Shown here piece by piece: positions 1 to 8,798 of a stretch of 32,000 nt of DNA. Location of the stretch: assembly GCF_000011125.1 (NCBI RefSeq), contig NC_000854.2:180001-212000 (forward strand), written 5' to 3'. The DNA is from Aeropyrum pernix K1 (lineage in GTDB: Archaea > Thermoproteota > Thermoprotei_A > Sulfolobales > Acidilobaceae). The translations under genes and the position numbers were made by a program. Below the pieces are notes generated by a model that had not been told where the DNA came from, ran no database searches, and saw only the letters and a list, made by a program, of their open reading frames with translations. Position 1 is the first letter of the stretch. The number at the start of each line of letters is the position of its first letter.

Positions 1-279
1 CTCCTGAAAACCGTCGCTATAGCGAGGATAGTCTTCAGAGGCGAGATACGGTGGATCCAAGCGGGGTGGCTGACGGCGGGTGTTAAGCTTGGCCAGGCTA
101 CGCTCGAGTACGGGGCGAACGACTGGGGCGGCACCCTTTATGGCGAGAAGGTCCTCCCAGAGGCGGGGGTGCCGTTGCCAAAGCTCGTCAGGAGGAGTAT
201 TGAGAGGCTGATATGGGAGGCCGGTTACGAGCCCGTGGAGAGGGACAACTGGTACAGGCCCGTTTCGCCATCGGGCTGA
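1..279 (+). CDS. 3' end of a radical-SAM MqnC/MqnE/CofH-like enzyme (5' part outside window)
   Basis: Frame 1 is open from base 1 to TGA at 277-279. The translation contains ...EYGANDWGGTLYGEKV..., the same conserved C-terminal block as in the next ORF (HGANDIGGTFYNESV). This suggests two paralogous radical-SAM genes in tandem. Confidence 0.55.
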   Translation, partial: LLKTVAIARIVFRGEIRWIQAGWLTAGVKLGQATLEYGANDWGGTLYGEKVLPEAGVPLPKLVRRSIERLIWEAGYEPVERDNWYRPVSPSG

Positions 280-302
280 ACTGAGGCGGGGGGTGTGTTA
301 CA

Positions 303-1481
303 GTGGGTTTGATCCCTCCCAAGTGGCTCGAGAGGATGGTTGAGGCCTATAGAGACCCTAGCCTAGAGAGGGCGGTATACGGAGAGGTCCTCACCAGGAG
401 CGATATTGAGAGGCTGCTCTCCGAGACGCCGCTCCATCCCATGGCCGCCGCTGCAGATTACTATGCCAGGGTCATCAAGAAAGGTGTTGGCAGTTACATA
501 GTTAACATCTACCTAGCCTACACTAACGTGTGCGTAACTAGATGCACCTTCTGCGATTTCTACGTCCCCCCAGAGAGGAGGAGCAGTGGCTACACGCACC
601 CTCCTGAGCACCTAGGCCGTGTCGCCGGGCTGGCCCGGAAGAGGCTAGGGGTTAGGGAGGTTCATATGGTGGGAGGTAATGATCCGGAGCTACCCCTAGA
701 GTATTATGAGGAGGCTATTAGAGAGATAAAGAGGGTGGCGCCGGGCGTCGTTTTAAAGGCTTTTACAGCAGAGGAGATAGGGTTCATAGCGAAGGCTACC
801 GGAAACACGCCTAAAGAGGTCCTCGCAAGGTTCAGAGAGGCGGGCCTAGACGCTCTCCCCGGAGGAGGAGCCGAGGTTCTGAGCGAGGAGGTGAGGAAGA
901 GGATAGCGCCTCTAAAGATATCCAGCGATGAGTACCTAGAGATACATAGGCTGGCGCACAGTATGGGTATAAGGAGCAATATAACTCTACTCTACGCTCA
1001 TATAGAGGAGCCTAGACATGTGGCCGAACACCTATACAGGATCAGGAGGCTTCAGGAGGAGACTGGCGGGTTCATAAGCTTCATACCGATCAGGTTCAAC
1101 CCGGGCAAGACGCCCCTATCGAGGCACCCGGAGTATGTTAAGAAGGGTGACAGAGGGGGCCTCTACGATCTGAGGATAGTAGCTGCGAGCAGGCTCGCCC
1201 TCCTTGGCGCCATAGACAATATAATGGCGTACTGGGTTAGCATGGGCGAGAAGCTCGCCCAGGCAGCCCTCTCCCACGGTGCTAACGACATTGGAGGAAC
1301 CTTCTATAACGAGAGCGTCATAAGCGCGGCCAGCAGCCTTAGGAAGAGGAAAGGCATGAGCCCCGCGAGACTCGTGTTTAACATAGCAACAGCCGGGTGG
1401 ACGCCTATGGAGAGGGACACTTTCTACAACTACTACCCTCCAAGAGCCGAGCCTCCCCGGCTCCCCTGGATGCAGGGCTAG
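303..1481 (+). CDS. Radical-SAM enzyme, futalosine-pathway MqnC/MqnE family
   Basis: 392-aa ORF with a GTG start. It has the N-terminal radical-SAM cluster motif YTNVCVTRCTFCDFY (CxxxCxxC) and the C-terminal GANDIGGT block typical of the MqnC/MqnE/CofH group. An MqnA-like ORF follows. Confidence 0.7.
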   Translation: MGLIPPKWLERMVEAYRDPSLERAVYGEVLTRSDIERLLSETPLHPMAAAADYYARVIKKGVGSYIVNIYLAYTNVCVTRCTFCDFYVPPERRSSGYTHPPEHLGRVAGLARKRLGVREVHMVGGNDPELPLEYYEEAIREIKRVAPGVVLKAFTAEEIGFIAKATGNTPKEVLARFREAGLDALPGGGAEVLSEEVRKRIAPLKISSDEYLEIHRLAHSMGIRSNITLLYAHIEEPRHVAEHLYRIRRLQEETGGFISFIPIRFNPGKTPLSRHPEYVKKGDRGGLYDLRIVAASRLALLGAIDNIMAYWVSMGEKLAQAALSHGANDIGGTFYNESVISAASSLRKRKGMSPARLVFNIATAGWTPMERDTFYNYYPPRAEPPRLPWMQG

Positions 1482-1535
1482 AGCTGCCGGGACACCTAGC
1501 CAAGACATTATCTAGGTCTAGGCAGGCTGGTTTGG

Positions 1536-2243
1536 ATGGTCTACGACCTAGCGCTGCCCAGACACTCATACGCCCTACCCCTCATAGATGAGGCCCTCTC
1601 CAGAGGCCTCACTGTAGTGGAGCTACAGCCGCCCGAAGCCTACGATGCCCTAGTCGAGGGCAGGGTTAGAGCGGCCCTCATCCCCCTGGCACTAGCCAGA
1701 GGAGCCAAGATCTGCCCTGGACCGATGGTGTGGAGCCTCTCTGCCACAATGAGCGTCGCAATCTACTCGTTCTCCGTTAGAAGGCTGGATGACTGCGCAG
1801 CCGTGGCTGTTTCAGGCGAGTCGAGGACCTCGCTAGTATACCTCCGTGAAGTTAGGGAGAAGCTGCAAGCCCCTTGGAGTATAGTTCAGGCCGAGAGGGG
1901 TTGTGTCACACTGGAGTGCCTCTTATCCCGTGCAGACTGCGCCCTTCTCCTCGGCGACGAAGCTCTCAGGGCGAGGACAAGGCTTCCTCCTATAGAGGAC
2001 CTCGGGAGGCTCGTGAAGAGGGTTCTCGGGATAAGTCCGGTCTACGCCGTCACAGCATCAATAGAAGATTGCCCCTCAGGACTGCCTAGAGGAGAGCCTG
2101 CTGTGAGGAGGAGGCACATAGAAGAGCTGTGTAGGAGAACTGGGCTGGGCCTGAGGGACGCCCTGATGTACTACACTGTGTTAAACCTCTCATACTCGCC
2201 TGAGCATCTGGAGAACGCTCTCCATGTATTTGATAGAGAGTAG
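1536..2243 (+). CDS. MqnA/MqnD-family protein (futalosine pathway), tentative
   Basis: 235-aa ORF directly downstream of the radical-SAM pair. The N-terminus (...HSYALPLIDEAL... RVRAALIPLALA) loosely resembles the MqnA pattern (SYLN..PL ... D.ALIPS). Assignment rests mainly on context. Confidence 0.4.
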   Translation: MVYDLALPRHSYALPLIDEALSRGLTVVELQPPEAYDALVEGRVRAALIPLALARGAKICPGPMVWSLSATMSVAIYSFSVRRLDDCAAVAVSGESRTSLVYLREVREKLQAPWSIVQAERGCVTLECLLSRADCALLLGDEALRARTRLPPIEDLGRLVKRVLGISPVYAVTASIEDCPSGLPRGEPAVRRRHIEELCRRTGLGLRDALMYYTVLNLSYSPEHLENALHVFDRE

Positions 2244-2320
2244 CCTAGGATAACCGCGATCTAACGGCGATCATTGATTATAGTAGGGGCGGGGATAGTG
2301 GCTCGGGGAAATTGTGTGGC

Positions 2321-3088
2321 TTATATGCTCTCGGGGAACAGTTTCCGCTCGAGCCTCGATATGACATCTTCTCTAAGCTTCTCATACCTCTCCAAACTCC
2401 CCACGTCGAACCAGGGGCCGTCGTAGATGTAGGCTACGGCCTTGGACTTCCTCACTAGTATAGGCATCATGTCCCCCATGATGTCGAAGCTGGTTCCCAG
2501 GCCTTCTGCTGCCTCGCGGAAGGCCTCTTTTCTAAATATCGCCACCCCTATGAAGACGTTGACTCCTATCCACGGCTTCTCCTCCACATCCTCTATGACG
2601 CCTTCTCGCCCCGCTTTCACAACTCCGACGGGAACTTGGTACCTCTCCGCCACCGCTAGTGTCGCTGAGGCATCATGTTGCCTGTGAAGACTGTACATTG
2701 AGGCGAGGCCGACCTCGGCTATTATGTCCCCATACCAAACTAGGAAGTCCTCATCGGAAACCCTACCCTCCTCTAGAGCCTTAAGAACGCTCCCTCCCGT
2801 TCCGCTGTATCTCTCATCGTCTATGCTATAATCTATCTTGACACCCAGCTTTTCGCCCCTGCCGAAGTAGTTGTAGATGTAGCGCCACTTGTAGCCGACA
2901 AGTAGGACTATATTCTCGACTCCCTGCAAGGCCAGCATTTTTACGACATACTCTAGCAGGGGCTTTTCAGATCGTCCGAGGGGTATCATAGGTTTGGGTA
3001 TGAGATCTGTGTATGGTCTAAACCTCCTCCCTTTACCACCAGCAAGTATTAGGGCGGTCCTGGGGGTTGACAAGAGTGTATACACCAT
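2321..3088 (-). CDS. Sugar-phosphate nucleotidyltransferase (NTP_transferase family)
   Basis: 255 aa. The N-terminal signature is LILAGGKGRRFRPYTDLIPKPMIPL (G-x-G-x-R ... K-P). An AT-rich TATA-like stretch (tatatata, about 3115-3125) lies about 30 nt upstream. Confidence 0.75.
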   Translation of the reverse strand: MVYTLLSTPRTALILAGGKGRRFRPYTDLIPKPMIPLGRSEKPLLEYVVKMLALQGVENIVLLVGYKWRYIYNYFGRGEKLGVKIDYSIDDERYSGTGGSVLKALEEGRVSDEDFLVWYGDIIAEVGLASMYSLHRQHDASATLAVAERYQVPVGVVKAGREGVIEDVEEKPWIGVNVFIGVAIFRKEAFREAAEGLGTSFDIMGDMMPILVRKSKAVAYIYDGPWFDVGSLERYEKLREDVISRLERKLFPESI

Positions 3089-3159
3089 AGTCTCACATGT
3101 GATATGGTTGTAGTATATATATTGTCAGGCTACTGTGATAGAGCATGTGGGCTAAAATC

Positions 3160-3717
3160 CTACGGAGATGATTGATGATGCACTCCCGTCCCCGGTTTAA
3201 ACGCTAGAACGCTAGAGTTCTCTAAGCCAGGTTTTCTCAGGCATCTATGCACAACAACGCCTCCGACACCAGGAAGGCCGTAGACCACCGTCCAGTCGAT
3301 GCCGCAGTCGAGGGCCGCGAGGGCTATGAGGTCCTCTTCTCCTTCTACAAAAACCACATGCCTACCATACTCTTCCATTAGTTTGCAAATTGTCGTGTAG
3401 GCCTCCAGAGATAGTGAACCCGGGGGGCTTCGAACCCTGTGGACTCTGAAGCCCTGCGGCACAACCATGTCTCTCCAACTCTCCCTCCTTGTCTTTCCGT
3501 CTACCACAAGGATGAGGGGGCCTGTCCACGCGGTAGAGAGTGTAGCGATGCATGCTTGGGATACGTAGTCGCCTATGCAAGCAACACCGCTACAGGGAGT
3601 CTGGAGGAGCTGTCTTCTGAACCTATCGCCGCTATATACGGGCCCTGCCGCTGCCGCTAGTGCTTCCCTCATGTCCTCCGGCAGGCTTAAGAGCGGTATA
3701 GACAGGGCGACCGACAT
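3160..3717 (-). CDS. GTP-dependent dephospho-CoA kinase (archaeal DUF359 family)
   Basis: 185 aa with the DUF359 hallmarks IGDYV, VVDGKTRR, SPPGS and VEGEEDLIALAAL. It lies immediately downstream of spt4 and rpo7, the conserved archaeal neighbourhood for this family. Confidence 0.65.
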   Translation of the reverse strand: MSVALSIPLLSLPEDMREALAAAAGPVYSGDRFRRQLLQTPCSGVACIGDYVSQACIATLSTAWTGPLILVVDGKTRRESWRDMVVPQGFRVHRVRSPPGSLSLEAYTTICKLMEEYGRHVVFVEGEEDLIALAALDCGIDWTVVYGLPGVGGVVVHRCLRKPGLENSSVLAFKPGTGVHHQSSP

Positions 3718-3719
3718 GG

Positions 3720-3938
3720 CTATATCATGACCTTCTTACCTATGAGTATAGCCTTCCTGACAGGCTTTTCTATCCCGAGCTCCCTGGCTATAGCCGAGTT
3801 CTCAGGGTCAATTATGACTAGCATGCCGCTCCAGTTCTCAGTGAACTGGGTGGACCCACACTCGGGACAGACCTTAGATCCCCTCGGCACTAGCGTGCCA
3901 CAGTTCTTACATGCTACGAGCGAGGTCCTCCTAGCCAA
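3720..3938 (-). CDS. spt4: Transcription elongation factor Spt4 (RpoE'')
   Basis: 72 aa with the zinc ribbon CKNCGTLVPRGSKVCPECGS followed by the typical W.G...I.DPE.S.IA motif. It lies directly downstream of rpo7. Confidence 0.85.
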   Translation of the reverse strand: MARRTSLVACKNCGTLVPRGSKVCPECGSTQFTENWSGMLVIIDPENSAIARELGIEKPVRKAILIGKKVMI

Positions 3939-3944
3939 AGAGCG

Positions 3945-4505
3945 TCACCCCTTCTTAGCCTCGGGGGCCACCCACTCCTCCTTACCCAGATAGGGTTGTC
4001 TCATTGTCAATCCTATCCCTATTATCTGGGCGGTCCTACTTGGCCTCGACACATGAACCACCCTAGCCCTAACCACGTCCCCAACCCTAATCTCCCTCTT
4101 GCTGGCCAAGCCGACGAAGCCGGACCGGTCTGGGAGGAGCTCCACACCCTCATCCATGATCTGGTTCCTATGGACTTTCCCGTCGAGAGGGCCTAGGTTC
4201 ACAACTAGGCCGAAGTCGTCCGCCCTAGTCACAACACCCCTGACTATCTCGAGCTGCACTGGCTTGAAGGCTAGAACCCTATACCTGACTGGATAGTATA
4301 TGGAGGGGTCACCGCTCACTGGGGGGATAATGCCGTCTCCCACTATCTTGGCGTCAAGCACTGCGACTATAACACCCATCTCCTCGTCAATCCTCCCCTC
4401 CAGCCTCCTGAGATGCTCCAAAGCCGCCTTGTCGAGGTCCTCAGAGGAGTATATGCTAGCCGGCTCCATACCAATCCACTCCTCAACCACGTACTCGTAA
4501 TACAT
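3945..4505 (-). CDS. rpo7: RNA polymerase subunit Rpo7 (E'), S1-domain
   Basis: The ORF track starts at a TTG at 4526. The ATG at 4505 (MYYEYVVEEW...) fits the usual Rpo7 N-terminus better. A C-terminal S1-like fold is present (GLVVNLGPLDGKVH...VGDVVRARV). Confidence 0.85.
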   Translation of the reverse strand: MYYEYVVEEWIGMEPASIYSSEDLDKAALEHLRRLEGRIDEEMGVIVAVLDAKIVGDGIIPPVSGDPSIYYPVRYRVLAFKPVQLEIVRGVVTRADDFGLVVNLGPLDGKVHRNQIMDEGVELLPDRSGFVGLASKREIRVGDVVRARVVHVSRPSRTAQIIGIGLTMRQPYLGKEEWVAPEAKKG

Positions 4506-4573
4506 GCTGTAGACACCCTCCCCCAAAACCCAAGCTGGTTAAGAGAGTGTGGAAGGCGAGGCTAAATAGACTT

Positions 4574-4849
4574 TCAAACCTCCTCAACTCTGGAAGCGGC
4601 GCGTGCTTTAAGCTTTGAAATGATGCTTGAAAGAGGTATCTCCACGGGGCATACCTCATCGCACCTGCCACAGCCCAGGCATAGGTAGCTTATCTCTCCA
4701 GCTAGGTCCTCGCCCAGAGTTATAGCTGTCCATCCCATACCCATGGGCCCGCCGTACGCCGGGCCGCCCCACAGGTTTGCCGTGTGGAGGAAGACCGGGC
4801 ACTCGAAGCTGCACCTACCGCATCTTATACACCTCAGCTGCTCTACTAG
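4574..4849 (-). CDS. C-terminal 2x[4Fe-4S] part of the same LutB-like gene, in the -1 frame (no start codon of its own)
   Basis: My translation of the minus strand gives LVEQLRCIRCGRCSFECPVF...YLCLGCGRCDEVCPVEIPL...*, with the stop at 4574-4576. There are two CxxCxxCxxxCP motifs. The frame opens only 2 codons upstream of the junction, and no ATG/GTG/TTG start is present. This frame is not in the ORF track, which lists a different frame at 4483..4671. Confidence 0.75.
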   Translation of the reverse strand, partial: LVEQLRCIRCGRCSFECPVFLHTANLWGGPAYGGPMGMGWTAITLGEDLAGEISYLCLGCGRCDEVCPVEIPLSSIISKLKARAASRVEEV

Positions 4850-5787
4850 AAAGGGTGGCTAGCGGCCTTCATCCTCCCGTTGTCTAGTAGCACCACGTGG
4901 ACTTCCCTGGGGCCGTGGGCGCCGAGCACCTTTATCTGCTCTATGTCGCCCGTTGCTGAAGGGCCTGTGATGAGGGAGATATAGACTGGCATCCAGAAGC
5001 CTGCGAAGGCCGCCTGCACAAGCGCCACGTTAACGGCATCCCAGACTGAAGGCACTATCTTGTCTATTGGAACCAGCGCCACGTGGACGGGGGGGAGCGA
5101 GGAGACTAGACGTATATTGCCCTCATTCTCAACCAACACTATAGTACCTGTGTCCGCGGACATGGAGTTGGCCCCTGTTATCCCTACCCTAGCCTTGAAG
5201 AACTTCTCCCTGAGAAACTCCCTGACCGCCGCCACCATTCCCTCCACATCCCTTTCATCAACCTCGATACCCAGCTTCTCCCTTATTATCCTGGCTGCCC
5301 TCTCTCTCGTCATGTGCACCGCCGGCGCTACATTGTGCATCGGCTTCACACCCTCGAGCATGACAAGTAGCTGGCCCAGGTCAGTCTCCCAGACCTCGTT
5401 ACCCATAGACTCTAGATGCTCCCTCAGGCCGATCTCCTCCGCCGCCATACTCTTAGACATGACAACTATGGAACCGCTGCCCACGATCTTACCTACAATC
5501 TCCCTCGCATCCTCAGCCGTCTCCGCGTAATAAGGGTTAGCGCCGACTCTTCGGAGAGACTCCACCGCCCTCTCAACAAGCTCGCCTAGCCGCTTAACAC
5601 TCTCCCTCTTAACCTCCGTCACCTTCTTGGCCGCCTCAAGTATCTCTGGGTGGCTGGACAGTATCTCCGCCACCTTCCTCTGGTTGTTTAGACCGCTTTT
5701 CATTAACCCTTCCTGGAAATCCTTGTCCCCCAGGGCCCTGGAAACCTCCTTTATTACATCGTCTAGAGAACCGCCCACGAGCCACAC
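4846..5787 (-). CDS. LutB-like lactate-utilisation protein, N-terminal LUD domain part (0 frame)
   Basis: 313 aa, collinear with LutB/YkgF-type proteins (SKSM..EEIGL, ETDLG, GITGAN...ADTG..VLVENEGN.RL, VLLDNGR). It stops at TAG 4846-4848, just before the position where LutB proteins continue with CIRCG.C..CPV. Confidence 0.8.
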   Translation of the reverse strand: MWLVGGSLDDVIKEVSRALGDKDFQEGLMKSGLNNQRKVAEILSSHPEILEAAKKVTEVKRESVKRLGELVERAVESLRRVGANPYYAETAEDAREIVGKIVGSGSIVVMSKSMAAEEIGLREHLESMGNEVWETDLGQLLVMLEGVKPMHNVAPAVHMTRERAARIIREKLGIEVDERDVEGMVAAVREFLREKFFKARVGITGANSMSADTGTIVLVENEGNIRLVSSLPPVHVALVPIDKIVPSVWDAVNVALVQAAFAGFWMPVYISLITGPSATGDIEQIKVLGAHGPREVHVVLLDNGRMKAASHPF

Positions 5788-5842
5788 CCTATAAAGTATT
5801 AGGGGCGACCTATACTTTTACATTGGCATAGACGGGGCAGCC

Positions 5843-6772
5843 TTAGGCTCTATGCGCGTACCCCACAATATCCTGCAGGCTCCTGAAACCCTCTACCCAG
5901 AGATACCTTCTTACACCTTCAACGATAGAGCGGAGGACATGGGGCCCTATCGTGATGAAGGCGGCTCCAACCTGAACAGCCTTAGCCCCAGCTAGGTAGA
6001 ACTCCACCGCATCCTCCCAGCTTTCAACACCGCCAGCAGCAAATATGTCCGCCCTCGTCTCCCCATAGACTTCATAAACCGCCCTAACAGCTATGGGGTG
6101 GATCGGCTTGCCGGAGAGGCCGCCGACCCTGTTTCCCAGGACAGGCTTTTTAGCGTATACATCTATCTTCATCGCCCTCATGCTGTTTATCAGAGTCAGC
6201 CCCCTCGCACCAGCCTCTAGGGCCTTCGAAGCAGCGTCAACTAGCCTATCGCTGTAGCCGAGCTTGGCAATAACAGGTATCCTTAGGGTCGAGGCGACAG
6301 CAGACACAACACTAGCCACCGCAGCCGGATCCTGACCCAGCTCGAGGCCTCCGCCAGCGAAGTGTGGGCAGCTCAGGTTGAGCTCTACAGCCGAAACACC
6401 AGCCTCCTCGAGCGTTGAGGCCATCTCAACCCACTCGCCCGGAGCGCCCCCAGCTATACTTGCTATAACCGGTATCGACGCCTCCTCCACAGTCTGAGCG
6501 AGCATCTTCGAAGCCTCTCTAAAACCAGGGTTTGCGAGGCCCACGGCGTTAACAATCCCACCCGCCACAGGGTAGAGGTGAGGCTGGGGATAGCCCTTTC
6601 TCGGCTGGTATGTGACACTTTTAGCAACGAAAAACCCTCCACCACCCTCCTCCACAAGCCTGGCCTCCCTGGGCTCCCAGCCTAGGATGCCGCTGGCATT
6701 GCCGACGGGTCGCTGGAGACGTAGGCCTGCGATGCTAATGGACAACTCGGGTTGCGAGTACACCGGTGGCAC
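5843..6772 (-). CDS. pyrD: Dihydroorotate dehydrogenase catalytic subunit
   Basis: 309 aa with a GTG start. Motifs: NASGILG, GLANPG, ELNLSCPH, GGLSG. It overlaps the 3' end of pyrC by 38 nt. Confidence 0.85.
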   Translation of the reverse strand: MPPVYSQPELSISIAGLRLQRPVGNASGILGWEPREARLVEEGGGGFFVAKSVTYQPRKGYPQPHLYPVAGGIVNAVGLANPGFREASKMLAQTVEEASIPVIASIAGGAPGEWVEMASTLEEAGVSAVELNLSCPHFAGGGLELGQDPAAVASVVSAVASTLRIPVIAKLGYSDRLVDAASKALEAGARGLTLINSMRAMKIDVYAKKPVLGNRVGGLSGKPIHPIAVRAVYEVYGETRADIFAAGGVESWEDAVEFYLAGAKAVQVGAAFITIGPHVLRSIVEGVRRYLWVEGFRSLQDIVGYAHRA

Positions 6773-8024
6773 CCCCCCGTACTCCCTCCCACGCTGTATA
6801 GGCTATCTTACCCCTTATCACGGTTGCAGCACAGTCGAAGCTCTCCATGCCTAGCACTGGGGTGTAGAGGGCTTTGGTGTAGCCCTTGTGATACACCCTA
6901 GTCCTCTCTAGCTGGAGCACGGAGATCGTGGCGGGACAGCCGTCCCACAGGCACCTATCCCCAACACCGAGTATAGTAGAGGGTGTCTGGGAAACCATGC
7001 TATAGAACCTCTCTAAACCTACGGCACGCATCAAGCGGGCGGCCGTGAAGCCGGGCCACCACTCAAGCCACGGAAAACCTGGAGGGGCGATGGCAGGGTG
7101 CATCCACTTCTCCCACGTGCTGTGTGGAGCATGGTCGCTGGCTATCGCATCCACCAATCCCTCAATAGTTAGCTGCGTCAACAGGCTTCTCTCTCCAACC
7201 CCCCTGAGCGGGGGGTTAACCTTCCCCCAGCTGTGCGTCGGGCCAGCTACCTCCTCCTCTGACAGGAAAAGGTGGTGAGGTGTAACATCAACAGTAAACC
7301 CTCTTTTCTTCGACTCCACGACTGTCGCAGGGCATGATGCGTGGGTTATATGGACTCTAGGCTTGCACCCGCACTCCCTCGCAGCATCGTGGAGGAGTTC
7401 GACGGAGGCAGCCTCAGCATGGCACGGCCTCGCAACTCGCCTCAACCAGCCATAGTCTGGTCCTGCAAACATATCGTGAGACTCAGGGTGGAGTACCACC
7501 AGGATTCCGGCCTCTTCAGCGGCCTCCAGCACGTTCTTGATGCTATCCAAGTTGACCAGATCCTCGGGGTATATTTTGAACCCTGCTATACCCATTGAAG
7601 CCATCTCCACCGCCTCGCCATAGCTCCTCGGCACCCCCGCATAGACAGTGTAATCCACCTTAGCACCAGCCTCTAGCGAGGCGAGCTTCTCCCTAAGCGC
7701 CTCGGGCGTCCTCAGGGGTGGCTGGGTATTGGGCATGTCGGCCACGAGCGTAACGCACCCGCTCGCCGCGGCCGCAGTACCACTAACCTCGTCCTCCTTA
7801 TAGGAGAGCTTCAGACCCCGTAGATGCACGTGCATGTCAATAACTCCTGGTAGGGCGAGGCTGCTACGCCCTCTCAGGTCTAGATCCGGCTGGCCGCGAA
7901 AGCCTCCGGTATGAACCCTCTCTACCCTCTCACCGGATATTACTGCACAGGCGTCCTCCAGCATCTTATCACCAGTATAGAGGAAATCCACACAGACCGT
8001 CCAGCCAGCCAAAGAACAGTGCAC
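6735..8024 (-). CDS. pyrC: Dihydroorotase (amidohydrolase superfamily)
   Basis: Metal-binding GVIDMHVHLRG motif, ADMPNT, and DHAPH near the C-terminal third. The true start may be the internal M at about 7964. Confidence 0.8.
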   Translation of the reverse strand: MHCSLAGWTVCVDFLYTGDKMLEDACAVISGERVERVHTGGFRGQPDLDLRGRSSLALPGVIDMHVHLRGLKLSYKEDEVSGTAAAASGCVTLVADMPNTQPPLRTPEALREKLASLEAGAKVDYTVYAGVPRSYGEAVEMASMGIAGFKIYPEDLVNLDSIKNVLEAAEEAGILVVLHPESHDMFAGPDYGWLRRVARPCHAEAASVELLHDAARECGCKPRVHITHASCPATVVESKKRGFTVDVTPHHLFLSEEEVAGPTHSWGKVNPPLRGVGERSLLTQLTIEGLVDAIASDHAPHSTWEKWMHPAIAPPGFPWLEWWPGFTAARLMRAVGLERFYSMVSQTPSTILGVGDRCLWDGCPATISVLQLERTRVYHKGYTKALYTPVLGMESFDCAATVIRGKIAYTAWEGVRGGATGVLATRVVH

Positions 8025-8062
8025 CCAAGTGTAGTCTTTAACCCTGGAGGGTGAAAACGTGA

Positions 8063-8755
8063 GTGTTGGGGCCCAAAGGCTGGTGTGCTTTGGAGATAAT
8101 AGGTCATAGGGCCAACAGCGGGAGGATAGCCATCTTCTACTCCATGGTAGGCATTAAGGCCGTGGAGGTTGATGTCAGCCTGAAGAGCGGGAAGCCGATG
8201 GCACTACATGGTAGGCCCTCTGTAAGGAGGGCCACTCCTATAGGACGGCTCTGGGGCTGGATAGACTATAAGCTCTTCTACCGCGATCCGTTATACAAGC
8301 CGATGCCCCTAGCTAATTGGCTGGAGAGACTGTGGAGTATGGGTTTCACCAAGGTTGTTATAGACGTCAAATCAGGCGGTATAGACCCTACTCTGCTAGC
8401 TAGCGAGGTAGAGAGGGGATGGCCTGGCCAGGTGATCTATACAAGCGAGAACCACAGATACCTTAGACGGCTCAGAGAGGAGGCCAGCGCCGTTGTTTAT
8501 ACAACATATAGCATACTGCCTGTTGACGTGGCAGACCCGGCACTCAAGGCCGGGGCTGAGGGCGTCTCCATAAGGTTTGATTTGGCTATCGAGGACAACG
8601 TCATCAGAGCCCTCAGGCAAAGTGGTCTTAAGGTGGTGGTGTGGACTGTAAACACGGAGGATCAAGCGAAAACAGTTGAAAAACTAGGGGTGGACGCTAT
8701 AGTCTCAGACAGGCCGGACAAGGTTCTTAGAGCCCTCGACAAAAGGGAGAAGTAG
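8063..8755 (+). CDS. Glycerophosphodiester phosphodiesterase (GDPD) family protein
   Basis: The GHRANSG...VEVDV N-terminal catalytic block and the C-terminal VVVWTVNT...GVDAIVSDRPD block are typical of GDPD enzymes. The exact start is uncertain. Confidence 0.65.
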   Translation: MLGPKGWCALEIIGHRANSGRIAIFYSMVGIKAVEVDVSLKSGKPMALHGRPSVRRATPIGRLWGWIDYKLFYRDPLYKPMPLANWLERLWSMGFTKVVIDVKSGGIDPTLLASEVERGWPGQVIYTSENHRYLRRLREEASAVVYTTYSILPVDVADPALKAGAEGVSIRFDLAIEDNVIRALRQSGLKVVVWTVNTEDQAKTVEKLGVDAIVSDRPDKVLRALDKREK

Positions 8756-8798
8756 TTGGGGCCAGGTAGGCCAAAAAGCGGGGATGCCGTTACGAGAT

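Noticed and set aside
4483-4671. 62-aa track ORF downstream of the LUD-domain gene.
   Set aside because: It is in the wrong frame. The neighbouring frame encodes the two CxxCxxCxxxCP ferredoxin motifs collinear with LutB.
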